Made by a program: the position numbers and the translations under genes. The notes under the pieces were generated by a model. It made no database searches. It worked only from the letters and a program-made list of their open reading frames with translations, and had not been told where the DNA came from. From Hugenholtzia roseola DSM 9546 (lineage in GTDB: Bacteria; Bacteroidota; Bacteroidia; Cytophagales; Bernardetiaceae), in contig NZ_KE383880.1 of the NCBI RefSeq assembly GCF_000422585.1, positions 128,001-189,298 of the forward strand: DNA of 61,298 bases. The letters are read 5' to 3'. Positions 29,204 through 39,729 of this stretch are shown one piece after another. Within the stretch, counting starts at the first letter, position 1; every line of letters begins with the position of its first letter.

Positions 29204-30193
29204 ATGCTTCCTTCTCTACAAAGATTCGAGTACAAGCCCTTATTTCAGAAAGAATTTAACTTTCACATTCCATACGGCAGTAGGCGGTATGATTTTAAGG
29301 TCATTATCAATGACATCCGCCTGCTTACGCTTTTTATAATTGTGGTGCTTTTTGTAGGAATCGTCCAATTTTTCGGGACATACTACGCCTCCCTTATGTT
29401 TTTTAATGGCTTTCAGGAAGACCCGCAAGGGGCTGTCATTGCCCAATTAGAAAACAAAGATTTGGATAAGTACGCCTTAGACCCCGAAGCAGAGGAAGAT
29501 TTTGTGGTAAAAAAGCAGCGTCTTATTGCAGCAGTGCTTATTAAAGCCAAAGCCTCGCGTTTAGACCAGCTTAGTGATAAAGAAATCGTACAATTAAACC
29601 ACCAAATTGCAAAACTTTTTATAGAAGAAGCCCTCCCCCTTGCCAAACCCGAGCCACACGTCAAGCAATTTTTTACAGACACCTCCGACCTCAATAAAAT
29701 CGTTACTGCCCTAACCGAGCAGACGAAATACCACGTGCCTGCCTCCATCAAATTGGCACAGGCAGCCTTAGAAACGGCATACGGCAAGCGAGTAGTAGAA
29801 AATAATTATTTCGGCATCAAAGATAGAAAACAAAAAACTACGCCCATTACCACCACCGAATACTACACCGAAGCCGAGTATCAGATGAATAAAAGCAAAG
29901 TCGTGAGCAAGGAAGTGCTACAAAAGGCGGGCAAAGTTTTGTATAAATGCAAAATCAAGGATAGCTTTTCCGCCTACCAAACCCCTTGGGAGTCTTTTCG
30001 CGCCCATTCCCTTTTCCTTTCCACACAGCCGCGCTATGCACCACTTTTTACAAAAGGCAAGCGATACGACGAATGGGCAAACCTCATCGGCTCTACCAAA
30101 TATGGCGGCGTAGGCTATGCCACTTCGCCTCATTATGGCGAAATGCTCAAAAAAATTATCAAGCGATACCACCTCGACCTTTTAGACCATTAA
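29204..30193 (+). CDS. membrane-anchored glucosaminidase (GH73, FlgJ/lysin-like) domain protein
   Basis: N-terminal TM helix LLTLFIIVVLFVGIVQFFG. SIKLAQAALETAYGKRVVENNYFGIKD matches the mannosyl-glycoprotein endo-beta-N-acetylglucosaminidase motif. Confidence 0.75.
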   Translation: MLPSLQRFEYKPLFQKEFNFHIPYGSRRYDFKVIINDIRLLTLFIIVVLFVGIVQFFGTYYASLMFFNGFQEDPQGAVIAQLENKDLDKYALDPEAEEDFVVKKQRLIAAVLIKAKASRLDQLSDKEIVQLNHQIAKLFIEEALPLAKPEPHVKQFFTDTSDLNKIVTALTEQTKYHVPASIKLAQAALETAYGKRVVENNYFGIKDRKQKTTPITTTEYYTEAEYQMNKSKVVSKEVLQKAGKVLYKCKIKDSFSAYQTPWESFRAHSLFLSTQPRYAPLFTKGKRYDEWANLIGSTKYGGVGYATSPHYGEMLKKIIKRYHLDLLDH

Positions 30194-30514
30194 AATCTTG
30201 TCTTAGCCTTTAAAAGGCAGGTCTTTTGATAGGTAGAAAGTTTGGGCAGCATCTTATCAAAATAAGCATTTCAGAACAAAATTTCAAAAAAACAGAAAAC
30301 AATTCCTTTTTATTTTGAAAAAACAGCCAAAAACAGAAAGCGCGTCTTTTTTTTGAAAAAAAAAAGCCTTTGCTTCAAAAGACAGGTTAATTTTTCTTAA
30401 TATTACGCTAACAAGTAACAAAGCCTTCGAGGGTCTATCAAAAGTTCGCCTCCAAGAGTAGAAACCGTTACGATTTTACACTTTATTCCTCATTAAAAAC
30501 ACTACATTCAGACC

Positions 30515-31588
30515 ATGAAAAAAAATTTCCACACGTGGTATTTCTGGGTAATTGCTCTCTTCCTTTCCCTTGCCGTAGTTGGTTGTAAAGACAAAGAAGA
30601 CCCTGCACCAAAGCCCGTAGCGAATTTCAACTTCACCCCTGACGCACCCGAAGCAGGGCAAGCCGTTATTTTCACCAACCTTAGCACAGATGCTGAAACC
30701 TACGAATGGACATTTGGCGACGGCGGCACTTCTACCGATAGAAACCCCTCACATACTTACGCTACCGCTGGCTCTTTCACCATCAAATTGGTAGCAAAAG
30801 GCAAAGGTGGCGAAGCGGAAGTAACCAAAAACATCACCGTTACTTCTTCTGAACCCGACCCCGTAGCAGACTTTACTTTCGCGCCACAGACAGACATCAA
30901 AGTAGGCGACCAAGTTACTTTCACCAACCGCAGCTCGAATGCCGCTACTTATGAGTGGAACTTTGGCGACGGTGGCACTTCTACCTCACCAAGCCCACGC
31001 TACCGTTTCACCGAACAAGGCACTTTCACAGTAACCTTGACAGCGAAAAGCCCAAGCGGTGCAAAAACAAGCACTAAAACCGCTACCATCACCGTACAAG
31101 GCGTAACCCTTGTAACCTTAGAAACTGTAACCGTTACAGGCTACGACTTCGATGCGATGAGAGAGTGGTTCGGCGACGAAGATGGCAACCCTGCCGACAT
31201 CAGCGAATTGAACCTTTCACTTCTTATCTATGAAGCTCCCCTTCCTGAACGCTTGACTATCGCCGACGCACTTTGGTCGCCTATTGCCAACAACACCATC
31301 TTAGTAGTGCCTCTTACAGAAGGTTCGCTTCCTGCCAGCCCATTTGGGTTGTCAAGCACCAATTTGGGCATCACAGCACCACGCATTGATAGCAATACTG
31401 CCCTTTCTTTTGTATTCCTTCACTTCGACTCTGACGGTCAGTTTGGCGACGCAGGCGGTCTTTACATTGCCGACGTAATCGAAGAGGTAGATTTATCACC
31501 TTTCGCACAAAGCCAGCCAAGTGAAGTAACCTTAGATGCCTTAGGCGTAGTAGCGGGCATTGAAGTAAGTTTAGGACTTACTTGGTAA
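30515..31588 (+). CDS. lipoprotein with two PKD domains
   Basis: Signal peptide plus lipobox (LSLAVVGC). Two repeats of F.F.P......G..V.FTN.S.....YEW.FGDGGTST...P.H.Y...G.FTV.L.A. Confidence 0.7.
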   Translation: MKKNFHTWYFWVIALFLSLAVVGCKDKEDPAPKPVANFNFTPDAPEAGQAVIFTNLSTDAETYEWTFGDGGTSTDRNPSHTYATAGSFTIKLVAKGKGGEAEVTKNITVTSSEPDPVADFTFAPQTDIKVGDQVTFTNRSSNAATYEWNFGDGGTSTSPSPRYRFTEQGTFTVTLTAKSPSGAKTSTKTATITVQGVTLVTLETVTVTGYDFDAMREWFGDEDGNPADISELNLSLLIYEAPLPERLTIADALWSPIANNTILVVPLTEGSLPASPFGLSSTNLGITAPRIDSNTALSFVFLHFDSDGQFGDAGGLYIADVIEEVDLSPFAQSQPSEVTLDALGVVAGIEVSLGLTW

Positions 31589-31767
31589 GCCTTCATCTCG
31601 TTTTACTTTTTTTGAAAAATACCCTTGTTGTCAAGACAAGGGTATTTTTTTTGGATTCCTTTCGGATTTTTTTTGGATTCCTTTTGGCGCGTATTTTTTG
31701 GCAGGGTTTGATAAAAATGCTTATCTTGCTGCTCATATTTGGTAGGATACACTTTTTAATGAATTTT

Positions 31768-33084
31768 ATGTCGGAAACAGAAAACTTTTTGTACGGGAAA
31801 AAAATTTTAGTGGGCGTTAGTGGTAGCATTGCCGCCTACAAATCAGCCCTTTTGGTGCGGCTTTTGGTAAAGGCGGGTGCGCAGGTTCGTGTTTTGATGA
31901 GCGAGGCGGCACAAAGTTTTATCACCCCCCTGACGTTGGCTACACTTTCGAAAAATGAAGTCCTGACCAGTTGGGCAAACGAGCAAAATGGCGTTTGGCA
32001 CAATCACGTAGAGCTTGGGCTTTGGGCAGATGTGCTGCTTTTTTACCCTGCCTCTGCCCATACAGTTGCAAAGATGGCAAATGGGCTTTGCGATAATTTG
32101 CTTGTCGCGACTTATCTTTCAGCGCGTTGCCCTGTTTGGTTTGCCCCTGCTATGGATTTGGATATGTATGCGCACCCTTCTTTTAGGCGCAATGTTGCCT
32201 CGCTTATCAGTTTTGGCAATCACCTCATTGAAGCCGAGGAGGGCGAATTGGCAAGCGGTTTAGAAGGAAAAGGCAGAGTGGCAGAGCCAGAAAAAGTAGT
32301 GGCTTTGCTATCCCATTTTTTTGAGAAACAAGCGATTCAAGACGAACAAAAAAAGAAAATTACGCAACATTTGGCAGGGAAAAAAGTGCTTATCAGCGCA
32401 GGCGCAACCAAAGAAGCCCTCGACCCTGTGCGCTATCTTAGCAATCATTCCACAGGCAAGATGGGTTTTGCCTTAGCAAAGGCAGCACAGCAGGCAGGAG
32501 CAGAAGTTTTTGTCGTCAGCGGTGCTACACAACTGCATGCGCAATTTGCCAATATGCCGCGTTTTCACCTTTTTGCCGTAGAAAGTGCCGCCCAGATGCT
32601 TGCTCGCATGCAGGAGATTGCTCCACAAGCCGATGTCGTTATCTTTGCAGCAGCCGTTTCCGATTATCGCCCTGCCGAAATTGCACCTACAAAAATCAAA
32701 AAGAACGAAGAAACGCTAACTTTACAGCTGATTAAAAATCCTGATATTGCCTTTCTTTTGGGTCAGAAAAAAAAGAGCCATCAATTTCATGTCGGTTTTG
32801 CCCTCGAAACCAATAACGAAATCCAGCATGCAAAAGAAAAGCTGCACAAGAAAAATTTTGACCTTATCGTACTCAATTCCCTACAAGAAGAAGGGGCAGG
32901 CTTCGGACACGACACCAATAAAATTTATATTCTTGATGGGCAAAGTACCAAAGAGTTTAAACTCAAAACCAAACAAGCCGTAGCCGACGATATTTGGCAG
33001 GAAGTAGTCTTTCGTTTGGAACAAAAAGGCAGGCGAAAGAAGTTTGAAATCGGACAAAACCCTAACTTTGCAGAGGAGGACTAA
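31768..33084 (+). CDS. coaBC: bifunctional phosphopantothenoylcysteine decarboxylase / phosphopantothenate-cysteine ligase
   Basis: From Met at 31768: MSETENFLYGKKILVGVSGSIAAYKSALLVRLLVKAGAQVRVLMSEAAQSFITPLTLATLS (flavoprotein domain). Then the DFP ligase domain (...NHSTGKMGFALA...). Confidence 0.9.
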   Translation: MSETENFLYGKKILVGVSGSIAAYKSALLVRLLVKAGAQVRVLMSEAAQSFITPLTLATLSKNEVLTSWANEQNGVWHNHVELGLWADVLLFYPASAHTVAKMANGLCDNLLVATYLSARCPVWFAPAMDLDMYAHPSFRRNVASLISFGNHLIEAEEGELASGLEGKGRVAEPEKVVALLSHFFEKQAIQDEQKKKITQHLAGKKVLISAGATKEALDPVRYLSNHSTGKMGFALAKAAQQAGAEVFVVSGATQLHAQFANMPRFHLFAVESAAQMLARMQEIAPQADVVIFAAAVSDYRPAEIAPTKIKKNEETLTLQLIKNPDIAFLLGQKKKSHQFHVGFALETNNEIQHAKEKLHKKNFDLIVLNSLQEEGAGFGHDTNKIYILDGQSTKEFKLKTKQAVADDIWQEVVFRLEQKGRRKKFEIGQNPNFAEED

Positions 33085-33168
33085 ACTTTGCAATGCCCCA
33101 AAGACCGTTTAAAAACCCTTTAAACACAAATTAAACGCAATTTAGACAGTCTTTGCAGGGTACTTAAA

Positions 33169-34407
33169 TTGTATCGTCTTTATCTTTGCCTCTTTTTTTA
33201 TTTTAAACCCTATCTATCCTCTTTGATGCGTATGCTTTTCTCTTTTGTACGATTTTGCCTCCCCCCCACTTTTCGTGTAGCGACGGTGGTCTTTTTGGGC
33301 AGCAGCCTAATAGCTTGTGGTGGCAAAGGTGAGAAAGGAGGGACTGCCCCTCTTGTTACCGATTCGGTTGTGGTGGAAAAAACAGCCCCTCTAAATGAAG
33401 ATTACAGCACTTTTGAGCCGTTGATAAACTATGCAGCCGCTCAAAATCCCGTCTTGGCTGCCGAAATTCGGAGTTTGGCAAAAAAAGTGCTAAATCCACA
33501 GCTACTCACCAATGAGCAAGATTTTGAGGTCTTTTTTGCCGAGCGCGATACCCTTTCTAATCGCCTTTCGGAAGCCCTTTCCAATTTGGAAGATGTAGAT
33601 GCTACCTTGATAATGCAACAAGATAGTGTCAAAACAATGCCTATTATCAAGGCACTTTCCGAATTAGGCATGCAGCCCACAGGTGCAGAAGGCATGTTTG
33701 GCGGACTTGTGGTCGCGCCTACACTTCTCGAACGCCTTGCAGCCGTAACCTCTGCCGAATACGTCCTCTTTCAGCAGATACGCGCCAAAGAAGGCGAATC
33801 TATTGGGGGCGAATATCCTTATTTGGGCTTGGAAGCCGAAGCCGAACTTATCCCTTTGGCAGAGCAGTATTTACGCGAATATCCTACTTCTACGCGCCTC
33901 AAAGCGGTGCGCCAGATGCTCTATCGCGCCCTAATTCCATTTATAGACTTCAACAAAGGCACTGCAACGGGCGGCGAGGATAGCTATTTTGTAGGTGGCA
34001 CTTGTTTTGAAGCCTACCCCTGCATGACCGAAATTGGGGAGCATCAGAATTTTATCAAAAACAACCCCCAATCTATTTTTACGCCCCTTATCAAAAACGC
34101 GCTCAAAAATCCTTCTACGGCAGATTTAGAAACAAATCCATTCCGCCTCCATGCGATTGTGATACGCACCGAAGCCGATTTGGAAACCGCACAAGAACGC
34201 CACCTCGATGCCCTTTTGGAAGGAAAAGATTGGCTGCACCAATTTCAATATACCTCCGCTTCGGGCAAAACCCTGCAAGCAATCGTTTATCGCGTCTTTA
34301 CAAACAAAAGCAAAGCCGAAGCCGCTCGCAAAAACCTCAATGTGGCAGATGCTAAAATTGTCGTTTTGGAGCGTGATAACGATAGTTACGAATGGGTGCA
34401 AAAATAA
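33169..34407 (+). CDS. hypothetical lipoprotein
   Basis: Signal peptide with lipobox-like SSLIACGG. 412 aa; no recognised family. Confidence 0.4.
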   Translation: MYRLYLCLFFYFKPYLSSLMRMLFSFVRFCLPPTFRVATVVFLGSSLIACGGKGEKGGTAPLVTDSVVVEKTAPLNEDYSTFEPLINYAAAQNPVLAAEIRSLAKKVLNPQLLTNEQDFEVFFAERDTLSNRLSEALSNLEDVDATLIMQQDSVKTMPIIKALSELGMQPTGAEGMFGGLVVAPTLLERLAAVTSAEYVLFQQIRAKEGESIGGEYPYLGLEAEAELIPLAEQYLREYPTSTRLKAVRQMLYRALIPFIDFNKGTATGGEDSYFVGGTCFEAYPCMTEIGEHQNFIKNNPQSIFTPLIKNALKNPSTADLETNPFRLHAIVIRTEADLETAQERHLDALLEGKDWLHQFQYTSASGKTLQAIVYRVFTNKSKAEAARKNLNVADAKIVVLERDNDSYEWVQK

Positions 34408-34642
34408 AGCAGCCGCCTTTGGTGCTGATACATTGCAGAAGCGCGAAAAAAATGTTATCTTCGTTTTTGGGCTTCATTTTGGGGCTTCATTTTGAGCTTC
34501 GTTTTGGAAGAAAGAACAACCTTTTTCCTTTCATTCCGTAAAAAATAGTATAAGGCAAACACTTTGTACTAAACAAGTTCTCAAAAAGTTTTTAAAAAGA
34601 ACTTATTTATCAGGTTCATTCAACACAAAACCCTCTTTTTTT

Positions 34643-34948
34643 ATGGCAAATAATTCAGATAACACAAATCTTATCACCTTTATCGCAGGTTTGGCAGTGG
34701 GCGCATTAGTAGGCGTTTTGCTTGCACCCGATTCGGGCGAGCGCACACGCGGCAAAATCGCTAAAAAATCCAACGAACTTTTAGAAGACTTAGAAGGACA
34801 GTTGGAAATTGCCAAGCACAAAGTCAATCAATTTAGTGATGTAGTACGCGAAAAGGCAGGCACAGTAGCCGACGATGTCAAGTCGCGTGCAGGCTCATTG
34901 CGCACTCGTGTCAATGGCACAGCGGTAAGCGAAGAGCAAGAGGCTTAG
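34643..34948 (+). CDS. YtxH-like protein
   Basis: MANNSDNTNLITFIAGLAVGALVGVLLAPDSGERTRGKI..., the typical YtxH N-terminal helix plus charged tail. Confidence 0.5.
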   Translation: MANNSDNTNLITFIAGLAVGALVGVLLAPDSGERTRGKIAKKSNELLEDLEGQLEIAKHKVNQFSDVVREKAGTVADDVKSRAGSLRTRVNGTAVSEEQEA

Positions 34949-35053
34949 TCCTTTTTTGTCTTCTCTTTCAAAACCCACGACCTAAAATCGTGGGTTTTGT
35001 TTTGTAGCATCAAAAAATTTTTGTTTTGGTATTTTATCAAAAATAGTAGAAAA

Positions 35054-35413
35054 ATGACGCTTTCCCAATTCAAAGCCTTTTGCCTACAATTCAAAGGCGT
35101 AACGGAAGAATACCCTTTCGATGAAACGACCTTAGCCTTTAAGGTAGGAGGTAAAATTTTTGCACTCGCCGACACAGCCCAATTTAGCAGCCTCAATCTC
35201 AAATGCGACCCCGAAAAAGCACTCGAACTGCGCGCGCGAACCGAATCGGTGCGCGGGGGCTACCACATGAACAAAAAGCATTGGAATACGATTGATGTAG
35301 TAGGAGAATTAGATGATACGGAACTCAAATTTTGGATAAGCCATGCCTACGATTTAGTCTTCAAGGGGCTTCCCAAAAAAAGGCAAGCCGAAATTTTGGA
35401 AAGCCAACCTTAG
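35054..35413 (+). CDS. MmcQ/YjbR-family DNA-binding protein
   Basis: MTLSQFKAFCLQFKGVTEEYPFDETTLAFKVGGKIFAL...HMNKKHWNTI... fits the YjbR family. ORF 34997..35413 with an internal start. Confidence 0.6.
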   Translation: MTLSQFKAFCLQFKGVTEEYPFDETTLAFKVGGKIFALADTAQFSSLNLKCDPEKALELRARTESVRGGYHMNKKHWNTIDVVGELDDTELKFWISHAYDLVFKGLPKKRQAEILESQP

Positions 35414-35478
35414 AGAAGGTATTTTTTAGAAGCAGCGACTTATCGTGCTAAATTATTGTACCAAATTATCTTACCAAA

Positions 35479-38400
35479 TTATCGTATCAAACTAATAAAG
35501 CCCTGATGCTTGCGCCTTTGCTCGAAGGGCGTACCCAAATCTACCTGATAAAAATAAGTGCCTTCGGGCAGGGGCTTGCCCTCGAAAGTGCCGTCCCAAG
35601 CCTCGAAGCCTTGTGGAGCGTCAAAAAGCAATGTGCCATTTCTATCAAAAATTTGCAGGTGCAAGGCAGGATAAGCCTCGAAGAGTGGCACTTCCCACGT
35701 TTCATTGACCCCATCACCATTGGGCGAAAAAGTGTTGGGAATAGTATTGAAACAGCCCTCGAAGATAGCCACCGTAACGGCACTTTCCGAACAATCGTTG
35801 GCGCGATAACGGATAAGATACTCCCCTACGGGCGTTTCATCGAGCCTAATTTCACCTGTGAGAGAATTAAGGCGCAAGTCGGGCGAATCAGAGAAAAAGC
35901 GTCCGCCTTGTTGCCCTAAAATTTGTGGCTTCGGATAGGGTTCTTCCCTACAAAAATCTACTTTTTCATAGGCAAATTCTGCCGAAACAGGTTGCGTGCG
36001 TTGGAGCAAAATTGCCTTTTCTACCTTCTGGCAGCCACGCGCATCTGTTACGACTAAGCGGTAGGGCAAAGTCTGCGAAGGCGCAAGGTTTTCCCATAAA
36101 GACGCACCCGTTTTTTCCTCCGTAAAAGATTCGCCTTCTTCCTCGCCTGCCCATTCTTCGCTGCTCAACCATTCATAACGATAGGGCGCAATACCACCGC
36201 TTGCCTTAGCGCGGATTGCACCATCGGCGGCAGCTGTGCCACAAGAAGCCTGCTGTACCTCGATTTCAATTTGTAGAAGTTCCGTTTTAGGAATTTCGAT
36301 AGAAAAAACCTCTTCACAACCCAAACTATCGCGCACCCAAAGCGTGTAAGTGCCTGCGGCAAGGTTTGTACGATTCAAAGTAGCGGTGCTATCGTCTGCC
36401 CAAATTGCGGAAAAATTGCCTGCCGTCTGTGAAATCAAAACGCGAATTTCGCCATCACGCCCTTCGGGGCAGGAAGGTTGTACCACTTGCGCATCAAAGG
36501 CAATATCTACAACACTAATCTTGACCACATTGCTGGGCAGCGGCGGACAGCTATCGGTAAGCACCAAACGGCGATAATACTGCGTTTTGGCAAGCGAGGG
36601 CGGCTGATAGAAAAGCGTGCTATCTTCATTGCGCCAATCTACGCCGTTATCCGAACTTTGCCAAAGGTAGCCATGTTCGGGGTCGGATTCGCCCCCTATG
36701 AGTTGGGCAGGCTGCTCGCCATTGCAGATGAGTTGGTCGGCAGAGATGATATTGTTTTTGCCCCCCCTATAAATAATTTTGATGGTATCGCTATTTTGGC
36801 AGGTATTGGCAAAAACGCGCACACTGTACTCGCCTTCTTCGGTTACGGTGATAAAGCGCGTTGTTTCGCCTGTACTCCATTCGTATCGTTGTCCGTTTTC
36901 GCCGCCATCTAAAACGTATTCAAAAGGAGCGCAAAAGATGCTATCTTGTTTGGGTATGAAAGGCACTAAAAAATTGGGCATCACGATTTCGCTTTCCAAA
37001 ATCAATTCCCTTACGCTATCATTCGCAATTAGACACTGATAAGAGCCTGACTGATAGGCATTTATAAAGGAAAGCGTATCAAAAAGCAGCGTATCGCCCT
37101 CGAAAAGCCATTGGTAGCGATTGTACCTACCGCCCACTTCTACACTCAACTGACAATTTTGCTCCATCGGGACATTCGCCTGTGGGCTGTATCGAAATTC
37201 CCTTTTGGCAGCATAGAGATTGTCCTCTAAATCTTCAAAGGTGAGGCGATTGTTTTGTACGTGTAAAATTTCTAAGGTATCGATGGTAAAAATAGGCAAA
37301 TCTTGAAATAAATTGTCATTCAAATACAAACGCTGCAAGGCAGGGAGCGTATTGAGTTGTGAAGGTGGCGATTCCAAAAATAAGTTATGAGAAAGGTTTA
37401 GTTCCGTAGCTTGTTGTAGCCCCCCCAACTCTTTGGGCAAAATTCCTGTCAGCCGATTGTTGGATAGGTTCAGAGTACGGATTTGGCGCAAGTTTTCTAC
37501 ATTCACGCTCACCGATTCGCTAAGGCGATTGTGGCTTACATTGAGTTGTTCTAATTTGGCAAGACTATAAAAACCATTGATTATCAGCGAATTAAGGGCG
37601 TTGTATGAAATATCGAATACAACTAAATTTCGCAAAAGACTAAATGCCATAGGTTCGTCTTGGTCGGAAATTTCGTTGTGGGAAGCAATAAGCGTATGCA
37701 ATACAGGCGTAATCCCCAAATCGCCGATGGCTAAATAAGTCAGGTTGTTGTTTGAAATATTCAGCACCCGAAGCGTAGGAGAGGCAAAAAAGCCCGCAGG
37801 TGCAGTATCTTGAAAGAGGTTATTGGAAAGATTGACATTTTCTAATTTGGGTAAAGTAGCAAAAGTATTTGGAATTTGCCCTGAAAGTTGGTTATTAGAA
37901 AGATTGCAGATGCGCAATTCGCGCAAAGCCGTCAGGGTTGGAATTTCGCCAAAAAGTTGGTTGCGGCTCATGTTCCATTCTTGCAGTTGGGAAAGGTTAT
38001 TAAAAGAAGGACTAATTTCTTCTTTTATTTTGTTATTGTTTGCTATCAAAAATTGTAAATTGCGAAGCCCAACAATTACTTCCATTACCTTTTCAAATTC
38101 ATTGTTGGCAATATTGAGCGAGCGCAAACGCGAAAGGCTACGCCAATTAGCAGGCAAATCGCCCGAAAAGGCATTATTAGAAAGGTTAAGGCTTTCCAAA
38201 GTAGCAGCTAAGGCAACCAAATTTTCAGCCCCCGTTTCCAAGCCCAAATTAGAAAGGGTCAGGTTGCGGATTTGGGCTAACTGCAAAATCGGACTATTCG
38301 AGTCCAGATTGGGAACAAGTTGGGTGCAAGCCGACACATTTAGCGTCTGTAAATTAGGGATATTAAGCAAATTGACCGCTCCACCAGAAAGCGAATTCGA

Positions 38401-38751
38401 CGATAAGTCCAATTCGCGCAAAAGCGGAAGCCCTGCAAGCGCATTCGAAAGCGCACCTGCCATACGACGATTGCCAAGCCGCAAAGCCACTACGCGCCCA
38501 TTTTCTACAACAACCCCCTGCCAACGGCTAACAGGTTCGTTCAATCGCCAAGGATTTGTCCAAGTACCTCCAAAATTTGCCGTATAAAAATTCACCAAAG
38601 CCAGCGAATCTGCACTATTGACCTGTGCTTGCAACAAGGCACTCGAAAAAAAGAGCGGTAGCCCCCAAATGAGTGCCGAAAGGAAAAAGATTTTGTAGGT
38701 AATGCTCAAAAGCGTCATTTTTTTCATAAGATTTGATTTTTTTGTAGCCAA
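35479..38751 (-). CDS. T9SS-secreted surface protein: N-terminal leucine-rich repeats, Ig-like/beta-sandwich region, C-terminal type-B T9SS sorting domain
   Basis: Many LxxLxLxxNxL LRR units (LDLSSNSLSG, LNLSNNAFSG, LNISNNNLT ...). C-terminus FSPNGDGVNETWEVP...IFDRNGTLLFDA...WDGTFEGKPLPEGTYFYQV is the gliding-motility-associated CTD (type B). Confidence 0.8.
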   Translation of the reverse strand: MATKKSNLMKKMTLLSITYKIFFLSALIWGLPLFFSSALLQAQVNSADSLALVNFYTANFGGTWTNPWRLNEPVSRWQGVVVENGRVVALRLGNRRMAGALSNALAGLPLLRELDLSSNSLSGGAVNLLNIPNLQTLNVSACTQLVPNLDSNSPILQLAQIRNLTLSNLGLETGAENLVALAATLESLNLSNNAFSGDLPANWRSLSRLRSLNIANNEFEKVMEVIVGLRNLQFLIANNNKIKEEISPSFNNLSQLQEWNMSRNQLFGEIPTLTALRELRICNLSNNQLSGQIPNTFATLPKLENVNLSNNLFQDTAPAGFFASPTLRVLNISNNNLTYLAIGDLGITPVLHTLIASHNEISDQDEPMAFSLLRNLVVFDISYNALNSLIINGFYSLAKLEQLNVSHNRLSESVSVNVENLRQIRTLNLSNNRLTGILPKELGGLQQATELNLSHNLFLESPPSQLNTLPALQRLYLNDNLFQDLPIFTIDTLEILHVQNNRLTFEDLEDNLYAAKREFRYSPQANVPMEQNCQLSVEVGGRYNRYQWLFEGDTLLFDTLSFINAYQSGSYQCLIANDSVRELILESEIVMPNFLVPFIPKQDSIFCAPFEYVLDGGENGQRYEWSTGETTRFITVTEEGEYSVRVFANTCQNSDTIKIIYRGGKNNIISADQLICNGEQPAQLIGGESDPEHGYLWQSSDNGVDWRNEDSTLFYQPPSLAKTQYYRRLVLTDSCPPLPSNVVKISVVDIAFDAQVVQPSCPEGRDGEIRVLISQTAGNFSAIWADDSTATLNRTNLAAGTYTLWVRDSLGCEEVFSIEIPKTELLQIEIEVQQASCGTAAADGAIRAKASGGIAPYRYEWLSSEEWAGEEEGESFTEEKTGASLWENLAPSQTLPYRLVVTDARGCQKVEKAILLQRTQPVSAEFAYEKVDFCREEPYPKPQILGQQGGRFFSDSPDLRLNSLTGEIRLDETPVGEYLIRYRANDCSESAVTVAIFEGCFNTIPNTFSPNGDGVNETWEVPLFEAYPALHLQIFDRNGTLLFDAPQGFEAWDGTFEGKPLPEGTYFYQVDLGTPFEQRRKHQGFISLIR

Positions 38752-38754
38752 AAA

Positions 38755-39729
38755 TTAAAAAAACTGATATAAAATTGCAACTTCATGGCTATTGCGAAAG
38801 ACCTGCCACTGTGCCGAAGTTGCGTAATCGTAGTAATAAAAACAGGAGAGTTTTTTCCAAACCTGCCCCCCCAAAAAAGCCTGCCACGCTCTTTTGTGGC
38901 GATAAGAAGTGCCGATTTGCCATCTTTCCCATAGGTGCAGTGCCAAATTGATATCTACTAAAAGCGGCGTAGCGCGAATTTTTTGCACAAAAAAAGACGG
39001 CGAGAGTTTAAATTTTTCATTGATTTTAAAATGATAACCGCCCATCAGTCCGTAGTGGCGGCGCAGGCGTGTGGCTTGTGCAAAATTGAGGCGATTTTCT
39101 ATGACTTGAAAAAGGGTTGTGCCTACAAAAAAGCGGTCGTCGTGCAGCCAAAGTCCGACGTTGAGGTCAGGCGACCAAGCCCTTTGCTGACTCTCGATGG
39201 CATTGTCGTTGGGGTTGAGCAAAATTGCCTCCTGACTGCGAAAGCCAATATTGAGGATACCGAGCGAAGCCCCCATAGAAAGTTGTAGGCGCGTACTTTC
39301 CAGATAAAGGTTGCGTTGTGAAAGGGTTAGATGGTAGGCGTATTGGGCATAAAAGCCGCTTCTGCTAAAAAGTCCTGCCTTATCGGTATGTGCAGAAAAC
39401 GCCAAACTGTGTCCGTTTTCAGGCAGGGCAGCGTCTTTGTCTTTGAGTAATTCGAGGGGCGTTTCTATCAAAAAATAAGCCGTTTGGGGTGCGCTTTCCC
39501 AGCCGCTCCATTGGGCGCGAAAGCCTGTGGTAAAGCGAAAATGTGGCGCAATGCCTATAGCGGCAGGGTTTAGGAGTGCAAAGTTTTGGTTATATTGGCT
39601 CTGAAAACTCGCCTGCTGTGCCTGCAAAGCCAGCGAACTCAATAAGAGATAAGATAGACAAAGGCTATAAAAAAGCCTTCGCCTGCTCCTTTTTTGAGGC
39701 AATAACGAAAAAAAAGTAAGACTGAACAT
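38755..39729 (-). CDS. PorP/SprF-family T9SS outer-membrane beta-barrel protein
   Basis: Signal peptide then QQASFQSQYNQNFALLNPAAIG (PorP/SprF N-terminal signature). C-terminal aromatic end ...AILYQFF. Immediately adjacent to a type-B CTD cargo gene. Confidence 0.7.
   Translation of the reverse strand: MFSLTFFSLLPQKRSRRRLFYSLCLSYLLLSSLALQAQQASFQSQYNQNFALLNPAAIGIAPHFRFTTGFRAQWSGWESAPQTAYFLIETPLELLKDKDAALPENGHSLAFSAHTDKAGLFSRSGFYAQYAYHLTLSQRNLYLESTRLQLSMGASLGILNIGFRSQEAILLNPNDNAIESQQRAWSPDLNVGLWLHDDRFFVGTTLFQVIENRLNFAQATRLRRHYGLMGGYHFKINEKFKLSPSFFVQKIRATPLLVDINLALHLWERWQIGTSYRHKRAWQAFLGGQVWKKLSCFYYYDYATSAQWQVFRNSHEVAILYQFF

Noticed and set aside
31582-31767. N-terminal 62-aa extension of the coaBC ORF
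   Set aside because: CoaBC homologues start at MSETENF...KILVGVSGSIAAYK. The extension is hydrophobic junk from the upstream spacer.
34465-34505. Short tandem repeat ggcttcattttg x3
   Set aside because: There are only three imperfect units in an intergenic region. It is too small to call a meaningful repeat element or CRISPR.
37823-38587. 254-aa plus-strand ORF inside the LRR/T9SS gene
   Set aside because: It is antisense to a 1090-aa gene with clear LRR periodicity and a CTD. Its low-complexity Leu/Ser/Arg composition is an off-frame artefact.
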